Shown: piece after piece, positions 33,590 to 46,732 of the stretch
Position numbering within the stretch: position 1 is the stretch's first letter
Layout: each line of letters opens with the position of its first letter
Source of the DNA: Epithemia pelagica
Taxonomy: Eukaryota > Protista > Bacillariophyta
DNA: 64,000 nt
Assembly (NCBI GenBank): GCA_946965045.2
Contig: OX337242.1
Coordinates: 248,001 to 312,000 of the forward strand
Reading direction: 5' to 3'
Translations under genes and position numbers: made by a program
Notes under the pieces: generated by a model
Databases searched by the model: none
What the model saw: only the letters and a program-made list of their open reading frames with translations
Told to the model about the DNA's origin: nothing

Positions 33590-36500
33590 TCACTGCCATT
33601 CTGGAGGAACGCTTTTCCACCAGAGGCGAGGCAGCCTTGTGACGTCTCGTGTCGACACTGGTAATTCCGGTCTAAGCACCAACTGATGACTGCCTTTGCG
33701 TTCTTGATTTGCACTATGAACCATGTCCCAAACTCGCGACCAAACCAGACGACTCACTTGTCCACTCTCACAAGCTTGCGCCCACACTTGTTGCAAAAGT
33801 TGTGCGTACTCTATGGAGTGAACATGGCAGTGTGATGTGAGGCAGGCCAGAAAGGCTGCGTAAAAATGATGATCGGGATGGCACTTCTTCCAGCATGTGT
33901 CACGGGGACTATGACTCCTCTGTCCTCCTGTACGTCCGTTTTCTCTGCCATCCGTTACTGTTACGAGATACCAAATATTCAATGCAACTTCAAATGGGTC
34001 GCCAGTAGAGGATAGGAACGGTCTGGTATCTCCATTGGTCTCCGGTCCATCTATTGTGCGGCCAGGTTGGTCTCCAAACAGCAAATCGGTCTTCGTCGAG
34101 GACGAAATGCGATCATGACCATGACCATACTGGTTCATGTGGGTTGCCTCGGGAGTCTCTGTTGGATTGGAATACGACGAAGGTATTCGGCTTACAACTT
34201 TGAGAACCGCTGACAGTATCCCCGGTGAGATTCCATGCAGCTTGCCCTTGGAGTCAAGCTTTTCTTGAGCTGTCATCCACTCTCGTACCAAGTACAATGC
34301 CGTTTCGAGTCGGTCGGGAGCTTCACTTTCTGCAAGGGCCAAGATGGCATGCGTATACGTCTTGTCCATGGCCATGTCTTTTTCCAGTAATACTGCGCCG
34401 TCGCCGTCAACAGACGATTGTTGCTGGAGCGTTGCCATGGTCTGTTGTTGAGTGTCGGTGGCATTAGAGTCACGGATACTGTTGTGATCATGACGACGAT
34501 GACGAGAAGTTGGTACCCTGTCATGTCGGAGCCAGCTCCGTGCAACCGTTTGAAAAGAAGTTGGATTGGCCAATCCTTGTGTAATCATCCAATTTAACAA
34601 GTCTTGGCATTGTGTGGCAGCCTCTCGATAATGGGAAATAGCCCATACATTCAACAAGGCATTGTAAACCTTTGTCACATCCGTCTTCGGGAAACCACTA
34701 CCCAGTCTGCGCGATCCAAGTGCATCTTGGTTTCCGATTCCTCCATCCTGGTCGTCGTTCCGAACCAATGGATCGCGCCCAACGATCTGGAACACAATCG
34801 ACTGCGCCAAGCTGGCCCATTGTCGTCGAACTTTGTGATTGGGTTCTTGATCAATAAATTCTCGAATGATTTGCAAGAGAGCAACCACCATGGGTCCATC
34901 GACCCTACCATCTCGCATGGCTTGATCAAAATGTCGCAATATCACATCCAACGACACGGTGCTACGAAGATTGTTGCTCATGTCGGTTGCGTCCGTCGTC
35001 GACGACGGGGTCTCGGAGGATGGTCCCGTGACGTCTATGGCGGTTGCTTTTCGAATTCTTTGTTGGGCAGCCATTTCCTGGGCCAGAATTTGAAAACACG
35101 TGGTATAAAAGTAAGAATCTGGTTCCACCAACCGATGTTTGTTCGTGTGGTGTTGCTGGTTGTTCTTGGAATCATGGTGCCGACGGGTTATCGTACAATA
35201 GTAGGGTTGCTGAAACTTTTGTTCGTAAACCAGACGTTCTTGCACAAACGTGGTTTGAATCTTGTGCAGCAACTCCAAGGCTTGTGTGCCAAGCGTAGTG
35301 CCTGTTCCATCAGTGCCTGTCGTAGTAGCAGTAGTATTCTGGGTGACTTGTCGTCGTGGACTGCTACCACTATGACTGGCATGCGCCATGGTTTGCATCA
35401 CCAACATGTATGATTTCGTAGTTGGTTTCGTGGACCATCCATAGGATCCAGTTGTCGTTGTCTTGTTGTTGTGGCTTGTCGTTTCTGAAGCTGTTTTTCG
35501 ACGCTTTTGTCGTCCTTGTCGTCGTCGTTTGGATTGCGGGACGGAATGTGGAGGAGGTTGATTCCATTGAGTCATGAGGTTCAAGGTCGTTTGTGCGACT
35601 TGGACGGGATTGAGGGACGACACGGGCCAGCGGGGTGTCGAACTAGTACGACGGTCCAACCAAGAACTGCCAAACGAGGAAGAATCCGAAGAAACCCCGG
35701 CTGTTGCTGCGGCCACTTGTCGTTGCGCATACAAGTAGGTATTGCAAAAGTCGACCGTCGGTCGACTGCTGACACGAGGGGACGTATAGGGAAAGACGGT
35801 GGATGGTGCGGAAGTTTGGTGCTTGTGCTTGTCGTCGTTGGAGGATGGAGCAACAACAGCACCTTCCATTTGTTGGGCATGTTGCAGGTCCCATTCGGCT
35901 TCGGCCACGGCTCGTTGAAAGGTGGACTGAATTTGAGCATGAATCATCCATAGCGGAGGAGCAGGAGGAGTATGGAGTTCTGGTCGGCCCGTTCCAGTCG
36001 TTTCCTCGTTCGGAGGATGCTGCATGAATTGGATCCATCCTTGCAAGACGGTATGCCACAAAACGAGTGGAATGACAAATCGCGTGTCTTTTGAAACACC
36101 GAGTGGAGTACTAGTAGTAATAGAACTGGGGGTTGTTGTTTCTCCCAATACCACGGCTCGTTTTTCGAGACACAATCGATCGAGAATGTCGTGTGTCCAG
36201 TGCATGCCTTGGATCGTGTGCAGATTGCAACAGTCTTGAATCAAGGCATGGAGACTCGATCGTATGGGTGTTTTGGCAGTGTGGCTGTCGTCTGGGGCAT
36301 ACAAATCGGCCGGATGGATCCAGGAATCGTATTCGACCAAGGCTTGGACACGATGTTCCAACCAGGGGAGAGTTGCGACATTGTTCCAAGGTCGCAGTCG
36401 TCGTCCATGTCGTCGTTGTCGTCGGTGGTGTGGTGATGGCGGTGGTGGTTCGTCCTTGTCGTGGAACAACGAACCGGCACTCTCTCCAACCCAGGAACGA

Positions 36501-37486
36501 CCCCCACGACTTGAATGGTGACGACGATGACGACCACCACGTGAAGTGGGAGCCTGATGACGGCGCGTGTGGGTGTGGGGGAGTAACGGCCAGTCATTCT
36601 CGTCGTCGTCGTCATGGTCCAGCTCATCGTTATAGTCATAGTCATCCTCATCTGCATCCCACGAACGATACGGGAACTCATCACTATGGTCACGGTGCCG
36701 ACGACGACGATGGTGATGAGTGTGCGATTCCCACGATACGTCATTGTCTTTGTCTGGATGGTCCAGCAGCTCGTCGTGGTTCTTAGAGTGGTCGCTGTCC
36801 CTGTCGTCGGAATCCGCGTCCACAGTTTGCTGCCAAGGCGAAACGCGTGGCCCATTCGGACGACCATGATGCATGGGTCCCTCATTATCATCCTTGTCGT
36901 CCTCCCCTTCAGTCGTCTGGTCCAGCAGTTTGTGGTCGTTGTCGTTCTTCTTGTTTGTATGGTCACTCTTGCAATCATCATCGGGTTCCTCCCTATCCTG
37001 CGGCCAGGAGGATGAAACGCGTGGCACATTCAAATGACGACTCACGGGTCCCTCCTCCCATGGTGTCTTGAAATGCTTGTTGCTTCCTGCTGCTGGTTGT
37101 GTGGTGCTCGCACTTGTCGTCGTCGTCCTCCTCCTCCTCCAAGAACCAAAGATGAGGCTGCAGCGACTGGAGGAACAAGAACACAATGGTACGTTTCCGG
37201 CTGGTCCCTGCTGCTTCCAACCCCTACTACTCGACGTATGGATCCTATGGCTTGTTGTGGACAGAGTCGTTGTCGTCGCCGACGCAGCCACTGCCGTCCC
37301 CGAACGACACGACCACACACGAGCTGTCGTGGTCCACCATGGTTGGCAGGTCCTTCTTGTTTGTTTCCCACAAACAAAGAAGAATAAGGATGATACACCA
37401 CCACCATCACCACCAAAGGCCATTCTGGTCATTCTTGTTCTTGTTGTTGTGGTGGTCCTCGTGGAGAAGTTCCACATGCCTTGCAT
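33590..37486 (-). CDS. PPR-like organellar RNA-binding protein with extensive low-complexity inserts
   Basis: PPR-like helices SYMLVMQTMA, PDSYFYTTCFQILA, VYNALLNVWA, TYTHAILALA, PDHHFYAAFLAC; C-terminal ACESGQVSRL...LPRLWWKSVP. The start and possible introns are uncertain. Confidence 0.7.
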   Translation of the reverse strand: MQGMWNFSTRTTTTTRTRMTRMAFGGDGGGVSSLFFFVCGKQTRRTCQPWWTTTARVWSCRSGTAVAASATTTTLSTTSHRIHTSSSRGWKQQGPAGNVPLCSCSSSRCSLIFGSWRRRRTTTTSASTTQPAAGSNKHFKTPWEEGPVSRHLNVPRVSSSWPQDREEPDDDCKSDHTNKKNDNDHKLLDQTTEGEDDKDDNEGPMHHGRPNGPRVSPWQQTVDADSDDRDSDHSKNHDELLDHPDKDNDVSWESHTHHHRRRRHRDHSDEFPYRSWDADEDDYDYNDELDHDDDDENDWPLLPHTHTRRHQAPTSRGGRHRRHHSSRGGRSWVGESAGSLFHDKDEPPPPSPHHRRQRRHGRRLRPWNNVATLPWLEHRVQALVEYDSWIHPADLYAPDDSHTAKTPIRSSLHALIQDCCNLHTIQGMHWTHDILDRLCLEKRAVVLGETTTPSSITTSTPLGVSKDTRFVIPLVLWHTVLQGWIQFMQHPPNEETTGTGRPELHTPPAPPLWMIHAQIQSTFQRAVAEAEWDLQHAQQMEGAVVAPSSNDDKHKHQTSAPSTVFPYTSPRVSSRPTVDFCNTYLYAQRQVAAATAGVSSDSSSFGSSWLDRRTSSTPRWPVSSLNPVQVAQTTLNLMTQWNQPPPHSVPQSKRRRQGRQKRRKTASETTSHNNKTTTTGSYGWSTKPTTKSYMLVMQTMAHASHSGSSPRRQVTQNTTATTTGTDGTGTTLGTQALELLHKIQTTFVQERLVYEQKFQQPYYCTITRRHHDSKNNQQHHTNKHRLVEPDSYFYTTCFQILAQEMAAQQRIRKATAIDVTGPSSETPSSTTDATDMSNNLRSTVSLDVILRHFDQAMRDGRVDGPMVVALLQIIREFIDQEPNHKVRRQWASLAQSIVFQIVGRDPLVRNDDQDGGIGNQDALGSRRLGSGFPKTDVTKVYNALLNVWAISHYREAATQCQDLLNWMITQGLANPTSFQTVARSWLRHDRVPTSRHRRHDHNSIRDSNATDTQQQTMATLQQQSSVDGDGAVLLEKDMAMDKTYTHAILALAESEAPDRLETALYLVREWMTAQEKLDSKGKLHGISPGILSAVLKVVSRIPSSYSNPTETPEATHMNQYGHGHDRISSSTKTDLLFGDQPGRTIDGPETNGDTRPFLSSTGDPFEVALNIWYLVTVTDGRENGRTGGQRSHSPRDTCWKKCHPDHHFYAAFLACLTSHCHVHSIEYAQLLQQVWAQACESGQVSRLVWSRVWDMVHSANQERKGSHQLVLRPELPVSTRDVTRLPRLWWKSVPPEWQ

Positions 37487-37599
37487 TCTAGTAGGATTTG
37501 TAAACACCCGAATCTTGTTCCTTGTCCCAGAAGCAGGAATAGGTCCACACCACCAATGGTTCAGTATAGAAGTGGTCATTGTTCGTCTTCTTTGAACTC

Positions 37600-37724
<125 letters not shown>

Positions 37725-38206
37725 TATTCAATGATTTTGGAGAGAGATTCCACCCGACGACCACAAACACAAGAGACTGAAGCTAGGTGAAACATGCGCA
37801 TCATCCAGGCATTCTTCTTCTTCTTTTTCTTTTGCATTCAGTGTGGTGAAAGACGGTGTGGATGGTTCCTGCTCTTCGGGTGAACACCAGGAGAGAGAAA
37901 GAGAAGACAAGCAGGCCGGACCACAAGGGGAGATCCCACAGAGCAACCGCAAGAAAGGATGGCGTTCCTTCTTTATTATTATTGTTGTTGTTGTTGTTGG
38001 ATCTATAGAAGACCCAGGCGTATCTGGATCACATCCAAAATATCATGGTGAGATGGTGATGGATTCGACCGTGACGGTGCGCGGCCAGACGGTGATGGCC
38101 CCAAACGCTGCCTAAGGGCGACCCTTTTATCCGCGACTACATATGCGACCAATCACGGCGGACTTTCGTCGTGCGCCCAAATCTTGTCGATCCGTTCATC
38201 TCCACC

Positions 38207-39349
38207 ATGGTGCCGCCACCATCGAATACTAAGGATAAGGTTGTATTGTCATCCTCCTTGTTCCAATCGGACTTGTATGCCACGTTGGATTCATCGTCGC
38301 CTTTGACGGCCAATTCCAATTCTTCGGCTCAGGTCGTGACATCTTTTTTGCATCGACTCAGTCAACGTCACCATCATCCAACGACCACAGTAAGAACCAC
38401 AAGAACAAGAACCACTCATGACCATTCCCAAACAAAGAACACAAAGAAACGACGACGCCACCCAGCTCCGGTTGCCCCCACGGGAGGACGACGACCCGTC
38501 TCGCAAACGGAATTTGGACAAGCCTTGCAAGGACGGGCCTTGACCTTGTTTCCCAATTTTCAGCAGACATCATCATCCTGGAAGAATGGTGTGGATGGAT
38601 CTTCCCAGAGTCGAGGATGGACTCGAAAGCGACGACGAATCCGGGTTCTTGCGGGCAGCACAGGTGCCGCCAACGACGACGAACCAAAGAAGGAATCGGC
38701 AGCACCATCAGTGCCTGCCTCCATGTCACGAGACTTTTTGTCACGCTTGTCTCGGTTGTGGAAGGACTATGCCTGTCATGTCTTGTTGCCTCCATTGGAC
38801 CACACAAGCCCTAGTGCACCGCCCCAGTTTGGAGGAATCGACGTTTCGCAGATTCCCATGATGGAATGGGTCGGTGCCACGGTTCTCGTTCAAGCCTGTC
38901 CCTCTCAGGCCACGTACGTTGGCCATTGTGGCATGGTCGTGGCCACCACGCCCCGCGTGTGGTGGTGTTGGAAACAGCAGGAACAGGACCGAGACCAGTA
39001 CGACACGACAAACAAGGACGACGACAAGAAGGACAAGGACGACAAGGACAAGGACAACAACTACGACAAGGACGACGACAAGGACAAAACCAACACCAAT
39101 GATGACACTAACGAGACCAGTCAACCATTGGAACAGGAGTCGAGGAACCGCCAGCGGCGTGTCCCGCCATGCCATGATTGGTTTGCCCTGCCCGTCCAAG
39201 ATACCATTGTCCAGGTACAATTGACAGTTCCAAACAACCATCACCACGACGACAATGAGCATTTGGAAACTCCATCCGTCCCATCTCGTACCACCACCAA
39301 AACGCTCTTGTTGCAACTCCACTTGTCCGCTTGGACCGGCCCTCGGTAA
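38207..39349 (+). CDS. POP4: RNase P/MRP subunit p29 (POP4/Rpp29)-like
   Basis: LWKDYACHVL followed by EWVGATVLVQACPSQATYVGHCGMVVATTPRVW matches the Rpp29 pattern (helix, then Sm-like barrel with SYVGxxG). ATG at 38207. Confidence 0.62.
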   Translation: MVPPPSNTKDKVVLSSSLFQSDLYATLDSSSPLTANSNSSAQVVTSFLHRLSQRHHHPTTTVRTTRTRTTHDHSQTKNTKKRRRHPAPVAPTGGRRPVSQTEFGQALQGRALTLFPNFQQTSSSWKNGVDGSSQSRGWTRKRRRIRVLAGSTGAANDDEPKKESAAPSVPASMSRDFLSRLSRLWKDYACHVLLPPLDHTSPSAPPQFGGIDVSQIPMMEWVGATVLVQACPSQATYVGHCGMVVATTPRVWWCWKQQEQDRDQYDTTNKDDDKKDKDDKDKDNNYDKDDDKDKTNTNDDTNETSQPLEQESRNRQRRVPPCHDWFALPVQDTIVQVQLTVPNNHHHDDNEHLETPSVPSRTTTKTLLLQLHLSAWTGPR

Positions 39350-40069
39350 CAACAAACAACAACAAGAGCACACAATGGGTTGCCTGTATCGTGCACATTT
39401 GGAAGAGAGCAGGATCCTTTTTTTTCTTCTGGTAAGTGGTGTTGGTGTCGGTTCCCCCACACCATTGGGTTCCAAGGCATCCTTGCTGAATCAACGGCAC
39501 CACTACTACTACTACTATACTCTAGAATGACAGCCGAACGCTTGCCAACTCCATTCCAATGATGGAACCATTCCTCCAACACGCAAGACGAGAATGGGGC
39601 TTGTTTATATCACCAGCACACTTACACTAGCTCGGAGGCATGCTTTGGAATATATAAATGGCTTGTGTGTGTGTACGCGACACTTTGCACAACCGAAAAA
39701 ACAGTGCATGGAAAAGGCACACTGACCGTGCAAAAGCAAAAAAAAAGCAAGTCACACTCCAAAGCCACGAGTTGGAAGGATCTTGTTGTTGTCGAATGGT
39801 CGACTGTGCTATCGTGGAGTGTCCAATGTAGAGCGCCAGACGTGAGGATCCACGCAAGCAGAACCGCATGCTCCTCCTTTGCATAACAATCCACATAGTC
39901 AAAAAAGTTTTGTCTATAGCCTTAATTGTTTAATTGTTTAATTTTTTATCGTTCGACGGTCCGAACGAAGTGAGGACCGATCGTTCGAGAGAGAGAGCAC
40001 AACCAGAGACATGTGTACACCATTGTTACCATAGTCTTATTATTATGCGTATAGATACGTTGTACCTTA

Positions 40070-41135
40070 TTAGGTCATGCTACATTCAAAAGGCTTGGTC
40101 CCACGACTGGACCAATCTTGTGAAATGGAATCGACTACACCGGCCGTGGCGGTGACCATAAAGACAATGGAATACATCACCAGAGCATAGGACAGCCCAT
40201 CTCGTTTGGACGACGACGACGACGACGACTGCACGGAATCTCGCTTCGACCAAGGCCACGACCACCCTGTACTCCAAGAATGCCACCACAGGGGGACTTG
40301 CAATTCCTTGCGCCAATACAAGGCGGGCAATAAGAGTGTCAAGGGGACGACCGTCACGGCCCCAATCAAGGCGACCAAATCTTGAAAAAAGGGAATGGCA
40401 TTGGCCACTGTATAGGCCGTTATTGCCATGAGGGCCGTCAAGGTCATCCACCGCCACGTGGCTTGTCGTTCCGGTGTCATTCCCGCGGTACACGATCCAC
40501 TCCGCCACAAATCGTGCCAAAACAAGCGATCCATGGAGGAACAAATGGCTTGCGAATTAATGGCATAGGAGACCACCACGTGTCCCCACAATAACAATCC
40601 GGCAATGCGACGATTCCAATAACCTTGAATGGCATCAAACAAAAAGGCGGGAGGATTGGGACCGGCCAACAGAATAATGGTCACGTACACGGCCGTAAAG
40701 ATGCACAAACTAATGCCCAAGACCGTCGGGGCCGTCGAACGATCCGCCAATTCGTGGCCTGTTCATATCGAATGCCCGCATGTGACGTACACCCATACAA
40801 GAGAACAAGGAAGAACATGGCAGTGTGAGAAGAGACATACACAAAAGTGTCCATGATTCACGTGGCCTTGTGTGGTGTATTCCATGTTGTTGTTGTTGGT
40901 GGTGGTTGTCAAAGAAGAACACTTACGAATATTGAGAAAGAGTTTTTGACTGCCCATGGCAAAGCCAATACTCCCCAAGGCAGCCAATTGACGAAAGACA
41001 TCGTGAATGGTGGGACCTGCGGGCGGTTCTGTGGTGGTGGTGGAGGTCATGCGGCGAAATGGTGGTATCATTGTCGTTGTGGTCGTGTCTGGGGTCGCAT
41101 CGTTCATATTCCACCACGCAGTGGGTGTTTGGGGT

Positions 41136-41176
<41 letters not shown>

Positions 41177-42904
41177 GTCCTCCTCCTTTGTTTCGTTGTG
41201 GTCGTGTTCCAACTCGTGCAAATCCTGCCGTGTGGCATACAAGCATTGACAAATCACGACAAAGAGGGCCCCCAAGGACAAAAAGGAGGCGGCCCGACCC
41301 AAGCGGGCCATGGAGCGACTTTGACTGACAGCATACATGAAGACGGAGGCAATCAAACCGGCGATGGGGGTGCACAAGACACCTTCGCCGACCGTGGCCA
41401 TGACGGCGTGACCTGCAAATCGAACCATAACATAGAATCCAAGAACAAAACAAACAAACCAGAGACACTTTATCAGTGAGAACAAAATGATCCACGCCAC
41501 TCTTGTACCAAACACCACACCACACAATTACTATTACGACGTACTCATGACGAGAATGTAATTGCCCAAGACCAAAAAAATGTTGCAATAATACAAGGAC
41601 ATGACCAAGCGGGTCAAGTGTCGTTGTCGAAACAAGGCTTGGGTCATGCCAATAAAATCAAACGTGGCTGTATCGTGATGCAATTGGGCATGATGATGTT
41701 CTTGAACGGCTGTGGGGGGTTCCGTCGGGGAGGACTGCGACACTTTAGATTGACTGTGTCGATTGTGTTCAATCGTGACCAATACCAGACTCTTGGTCGT
41801 TCCACTCGGTGAGTTCCCGGCCGTACTGCCCACACTGTGCTGTTGCAAGGCCCTCCATGCATCCAAGGCACTTGTACTGCCGACACTGTCGGTAGTATTG
41901 GTCGTAGTATCACCCGATTGTTGGTGTTGTTGGTGTTCGAGTTGTCGTGCGGCCGTGGCAAAAATCCGATTGGCGGCAGCTTGGCGACGTTCCACGACCG
42001 TGGCGGCTTGAGCCAACAACCATCCCGAATACCAATTAATGGGCGCATTCAGTATCAAAAAGGCCAAGCCCAAGGTCACACCCAAGGACACGCGGACGTC
42101 GCCCGGCAAGGCCAACAAGCCCGTCCCCAAACAATCGGCCGTCAACAGCAAGGCACCCTGCCAGGTCGACATGAGGGGTAAGGGAGACGACGAGGACGAC
42201 GACGATGACATTGGTTCCGTCGAAGAAGGCGTTTCTGGTGGTTCTGATGACGGTGGTGGTGGTTGTTGATACAAGGAACCAATGGTATTGGCGGGTGTTG
42301 TTGTTGTTGTCGGGAGAAATGGTTTTGGTTGTTGTTTTTGTTGTTGGTTGCGGCGTCCCCACGTCGAGGACGGAGCTTGATAATCACTGCCAACCGAAAA
42401 TTCGGAATCGTGACGAAACAACAATTGATGAAACAAGACGGGTGGTTGTGGTTCGACGTAGTCGGTTTCATTGTCCTTTGAATGGCCTGCAGCGGCTCTG
42501 GTTTGTTCCACGTCCCCCACGAGGACCAACCCTTTGGCTGCCGCCGTTTGAGACGAATAGGTGCCCCACAAATCTTGTCCCATGGCATCAATGCCACTGG
42601 TTGCTGTTGCTGCTGTCGTATATCTTCTAGTGGCTCTTGCTCCAGTTGATCCTGCTGTTCTATTGGAGTGCCCTGCTTCGGGTTCGCCCGTGACAAGGGG
42701 AAGGTCGACTTCGACCAAGGTGGTATTGGTGGTGGAGGATGCAGCGGTCGGCGGATTGGTATACAAGGGCCAGGAACCATGACGGACATGGCCTATCGTG
42801 GTGGAGCTGGATAATAATGGAACACGTTCCTGATCTTGTTGTCGTTCCTCCTGCCTTGAAGTATTGGAGGCCGCCTTTTGTTGGTGGTGGTTGTCGGACG
42901 ACAT
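40070..42904 (-). CDS. Amino acid transporter (AAAP/Aa_trans family), 3 exons (42904-41545, 41412-40927, 40758-40070)
   Basis: TWQGALLLTADCLGTGLLALP TM1 motif and multiple TM helices. GT-AG introns 41413-41544 and 40759-40926 restore LVMS|HAV and NIR|HELAD. Confidence 0.88.
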
Positions 42905-43940
42905 GATGATACTAGGAGAGACTCTCTCTCTCTCTCTCTTGTATCACTCGCTCAGTTGTTTTTTCTGGGGATTGCTTCTCTCTCAAACTGTGTGCGATTG
43001 GATTCTGGTGTGTATGTATGTGTTTTCTCTCTGGACAAGAGAACCAATCTCCTTGGCTGTGTCAAATTCGTAGAACGAGGTAGATAGGGGTATGAATGGA
43101 TACAGATGGAGTCGGCTGGATTGTTGTTGTTGTAGGAGGACGGTGAAGAGAGAGAATCCAATTAGAATGAAGGCGAGTGGCAACAACAGGTGCGCGTGAT
43201 TGTTTGTTTGTTTGTTTGGTTTTTGTGAGACGATCCAGCAGCAAGAAGGACTCTCCAAAAATACTATCTATTACTTTGAATCAATCAATGACACGTCTCT
43301 GGGACGTCCTCGGAGGACCGATACAATCAGAATTGCCAAACAGAACAACACTTACTTGTGTTCTAAGACGCAACGCAAACGCGAACACCTTTGTTCTGAT
43401 CTCGTTCATGGTCGAAGCACGCCAAAGATACGTTTTCGTCTACTAGGAGTATATCCTCTAAGATAGCAACCGAATACCCTTGCTATCTGTACTTTCTGAA
43501 ACGCGACTCGCACAAAAGGGGCTTACTCCAAAGGCCGAGAAGTAGTTTGTTCCGAACGAACGGACTTGTGTAGTATTGCCCCCAGCTGCTTGTGCTTCCG
43601 AATCGCCGTTGGGGGGCAATGGTGTCGGTTGGCAGCCCGTTTTCGTCCGTGGTTCCACACCAAAAATGCAAAAATCCCCTGGCGCCACCACAAACCACCA
43701 AAAATACAAACAAAAAGCTCCACCCGAAATACGACAGTTCGGTGGTTGCGAGATAAGGTGCCACTCATATCCTTCGTTCATTCATTTCTTCACAGTGTTC
43801 AATGGGTGGATGTGCCGCATTCACCCACAAAACAAACTGTGTTGCCCGTAGAAAGAGAAAGGAGCGAGAGAGTCCGTACCAACCAAGAAGATCCACACCA
43901 TTTCATCCATTCCTTGGGTAGCGTTCTTGGGACAACAACC

Positions 43941-45752
43941 ATGTTGCGGCATCGTCGTGCCAATTCCACCCACACCACAAACAGCAGCAGCCGTGAGGCA
44001 TGTTCCCTGGCCAGCCACAATTCCATTCTCGTACGAACCACGAGAAACAACACTAGCAACATCGACACCAATGGGAGTCATAGTACCAACAACACCAATA
44101 CTCCCAAACAACCACCAGCAGCACATGAGGATGACAATGATTCGGTGCACACGACCGAAACCGAAGCGCTCTCCCACACATCCAAAGAAGATGCAGCACT
44201 CCAACCACGACAAGAAAGTACCCATTTGCATCGATCCCTCCTCGAAGCCCGAAAATTGCTTTGTCGCATCAAAAAAACCACCAAAACGACCAGCGGCCAC
44301 CACAACAGCAACCACAACAGCACCAACCACAACAGTAGCAACGGCAACAGCAATAGCAACCACAGCAGCTCTCCCATTGGTAGAAACAACAACTCAGTAT
44401 CCCCCTCCTCCGCCGCCGCCAAAGAACCAAGGCACCCAGATTCCTCCACCCAGCAACGACAGTATCCCAACAGCAACAACCACAACCATAGCCACACCCA
44501 TGCTGCTGCATCACCATCCTCTCCCGTACCCGTTCCTGCCCATGTGGCCATTGCTCATTTGAAGCAAACGTCTCGGACGCATTTGCAAGAGGCGGCGGTC
44601 AATCAATTGATGCAAACCATCCAGTCGTCCACGGAAGCCCGACGATTGTTGACGCAATTGCGACACTTGCAGCAACAACAGCAACAACAGCCACAAGACA
44701 ACGACACGAAATCACCACTCCAACAACAACCACACTCGAATCCTCCTCCTCGTGACCGGTATGCCACACCCAACTCTTTCAACAAGGAGGAGGACGGGGG
44801 TTATACTGCCTTGACGGGATTGGAACGATCCATGCGAGCCTTGGCAGAAGCCCGACGAGAAATTGTCAAGATTCAAGAATCGCAGGGACTGTCTCCACCC
44901 ATCCAGCATGTTGTCGGCAACCAACCACCACACGACAAAGACGACTTTGACGATGATGATGATGACGAGCTTCTCCCCATTATTCCGCATCCCCAGTCTC
45001 CCCAAGCAAGTGTGCTTCGTCGCCAACAAATGGTTGTAGCCGCCCAAAAGAAGAAACAGGAACTTACAGAAGAAACGATCCGCAAGGACAACCACCCATA
45101 TTCCGATAACATTTCGGAACTGGGAGATTCCTCCTCCGCCGTGTCCATTCCCTCCCAATCGCCAGCACATGATTCGAATCGGCATGCCTCCTCACGGTAC
45201 ACGCCGCAGCATGACCCGACTATTGGCAATAATAAGAGCAAACCCACCACCAAGAGCAAATCGTCCACCCCCCTGTTGGACATCCAGTGGCTCCAGGATG
45301 TCGAGAAATGGGTCTTGTCCTGTGATACAGTGGCAATGGTCGCCGATGCCTTGGACGGGTGTACTCCGGCCGACGGTCGCTATGACGACGACGAGGAAGA
45401 CTTGTTGTACGATTCAGAACTCGAAGACGATTACTACAATAGCGAGTCGGACACCAGTCGACTACGACCACAGCGACGACGAGGAGGAAACGACGACAAT
45501 GACGATGACGACTCGGTTATGCTCGCACAATATGGCACTGCCATGCTGAATTTGACAAGCTGTGGGACGACCACCACTCGTTCGGCCGTGGTACACGATC
45601 ATCATCCACGACGCGACCCACAACGTGCCAAATCACGGTCTTCCAAAAAGTATTCGTCGCGATTGAAGTCCCACACTGGAACCAATCGCCAACAAAACTC
45701 CATAATGAAGAAGAAGAAGAAGAAGCGTTCGGAAACTCGAGCGGCCTTCTAA
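43941..45752 (+). CDS. Hypothetical low-complexity protein (copy A of a tandem pair)
   Basis: Open frame from ATG 43941; blocks QLMQTIQSS-EARRLL, GLERSMRAL-EARREI and LPIIPHPQSP are conserved with copy B. Confidence 0.65.
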   Translation: MLRHRRANSTHTTNSSSREACSLASHNSILVRTTRNNTSNIDTNGSHSTNNTNTPKQPPAAHEDDNDSVHTTETEALSHTSKEDAALQPRQESTHLHRSLLEARKLLCRIKKTTKTTSGHHNSNHNSTNHNSSNGNSNSNHSSSPIGRNNNSVSPSSAAAKEPRHPDSSTQQRQYPNSNNHNHSHTHAAASPSSPVPVPAHVAIAHLKQTSRTHLQEAAVNQLMQTIQSSTEARRLLTQLRHLQQQQQQQPQDNDTKSPLQQQPHSNPPPRDRYATPNSFNKEEDGGYTALTGLERSMRALAEARREIVKIQESQGLSPPIQHVVGNQPPHDKDDFDDDDDDELLPIIPHPQSPQASVLRRQQMVVAAQKKKQELTEETIRKDNHPYSDNISELGDSSSAVSIPSQSPAHDSNRHASSRYTPQHDPTIGNNKSKPTTKSKSSTPLLDIQWLQDVEKWVLSCDTVAMVADALDGCTPADGRYDDDEEDLLYDSELEDDYYNSESDTSRLRPQRRRGGNDDNDDDDSVMLAQYGTAMLNLTSCGTTTTRSAVVHDHHPRRDPQRAKSRSSKKYSSRLKSHTGTNRQQNSIMKKKKKKRSETRAAF

Positions 45753-46732
45753 CTCCTCAAGACTTGTATGTGCGTGCATATGTCCCTTTGGGAGGATCTT
45801 TCTTGTACTGTATTCATAACCATGGTTGCGGCGGCTGCTGCATTGGATTACGATAAGGATGGTGGCCCTTTGTGTCTTTGGTAGTGGAAATGAAAAAGTC
45901 GACTTGGACCAGGCAAGGTAGTATTCGGTCAAGTCGTCGTCTGGTTTGTCTGGTTTGTCATTGGACACAAAAGTATTGGGCCAAGAACCATGATGGACAT
46001 GGCCTGTCCATGGAATCAATAAGAGACCACGTTCATGATCTTGTCTCGCCCATGCTTTCTTCTTCTTGTGCATGGTGCTGGAGGACACGACGGGAAGCTA
46101 GATCGCTCTTGTTTTCTCTGTCTGCCTTTCTCCAGCCTGTTTTTAAAGTCACTCTCTTGTGCATATTTCTTTCAATATATTTTGTAGGCGCTTCGCTCTT
46201 GTTGTTGTGGTTCCTCTTGTTCTTCTTCTCGGTTTGGTCTGGAAAAGAGATTTGTAAGTATTGATACAGGAAAGCGCGCATCGTTAGTTATTGTTGTTTT
46301 ACGATGGGCACGTCGTTACAATAAAATTGCCAAACGATAAGGGAGCTGGAAATAGATTGACTGGTTTTGTGTAAGACGATCGTACAACGGCAGTCTGTGA
46401 CACGACAAAACGTCAAAAGAATCAGACAATCATTGCCAAAACACACACCAAGAGAGATTTGGTTGTTCAGCTCTACCTTGAGGATGATCACGCAAAAAGG
46501 GTTAATCGGAATAGAGCCTCGTAGAGCCTCGTAGCTATCTGTACTTGCGTACGAGCGACTCAAAGATTCCATAGGTCGCACATAAAGGGCTTTATCCGAG
46601 ATCGGAGGAAGGCGCGATCAACTCTTTCTTCTGAACGGAATCGAAGTGCGTGAGTCGATAAATGACCCGTCCAAATTTTGTATTGCCCACAAGTGCTTGT
46701 ACTTCCGAATGGAAGTTACCACGACTTCCTCA

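Noticed and set aside
45633-46281. Possible small gene on the minus strand
   Set aside because: Two short ORFs in different frames with no recognisable motif or convincing splice sites; the first overlaps the 3' end of the plus-strand gene.
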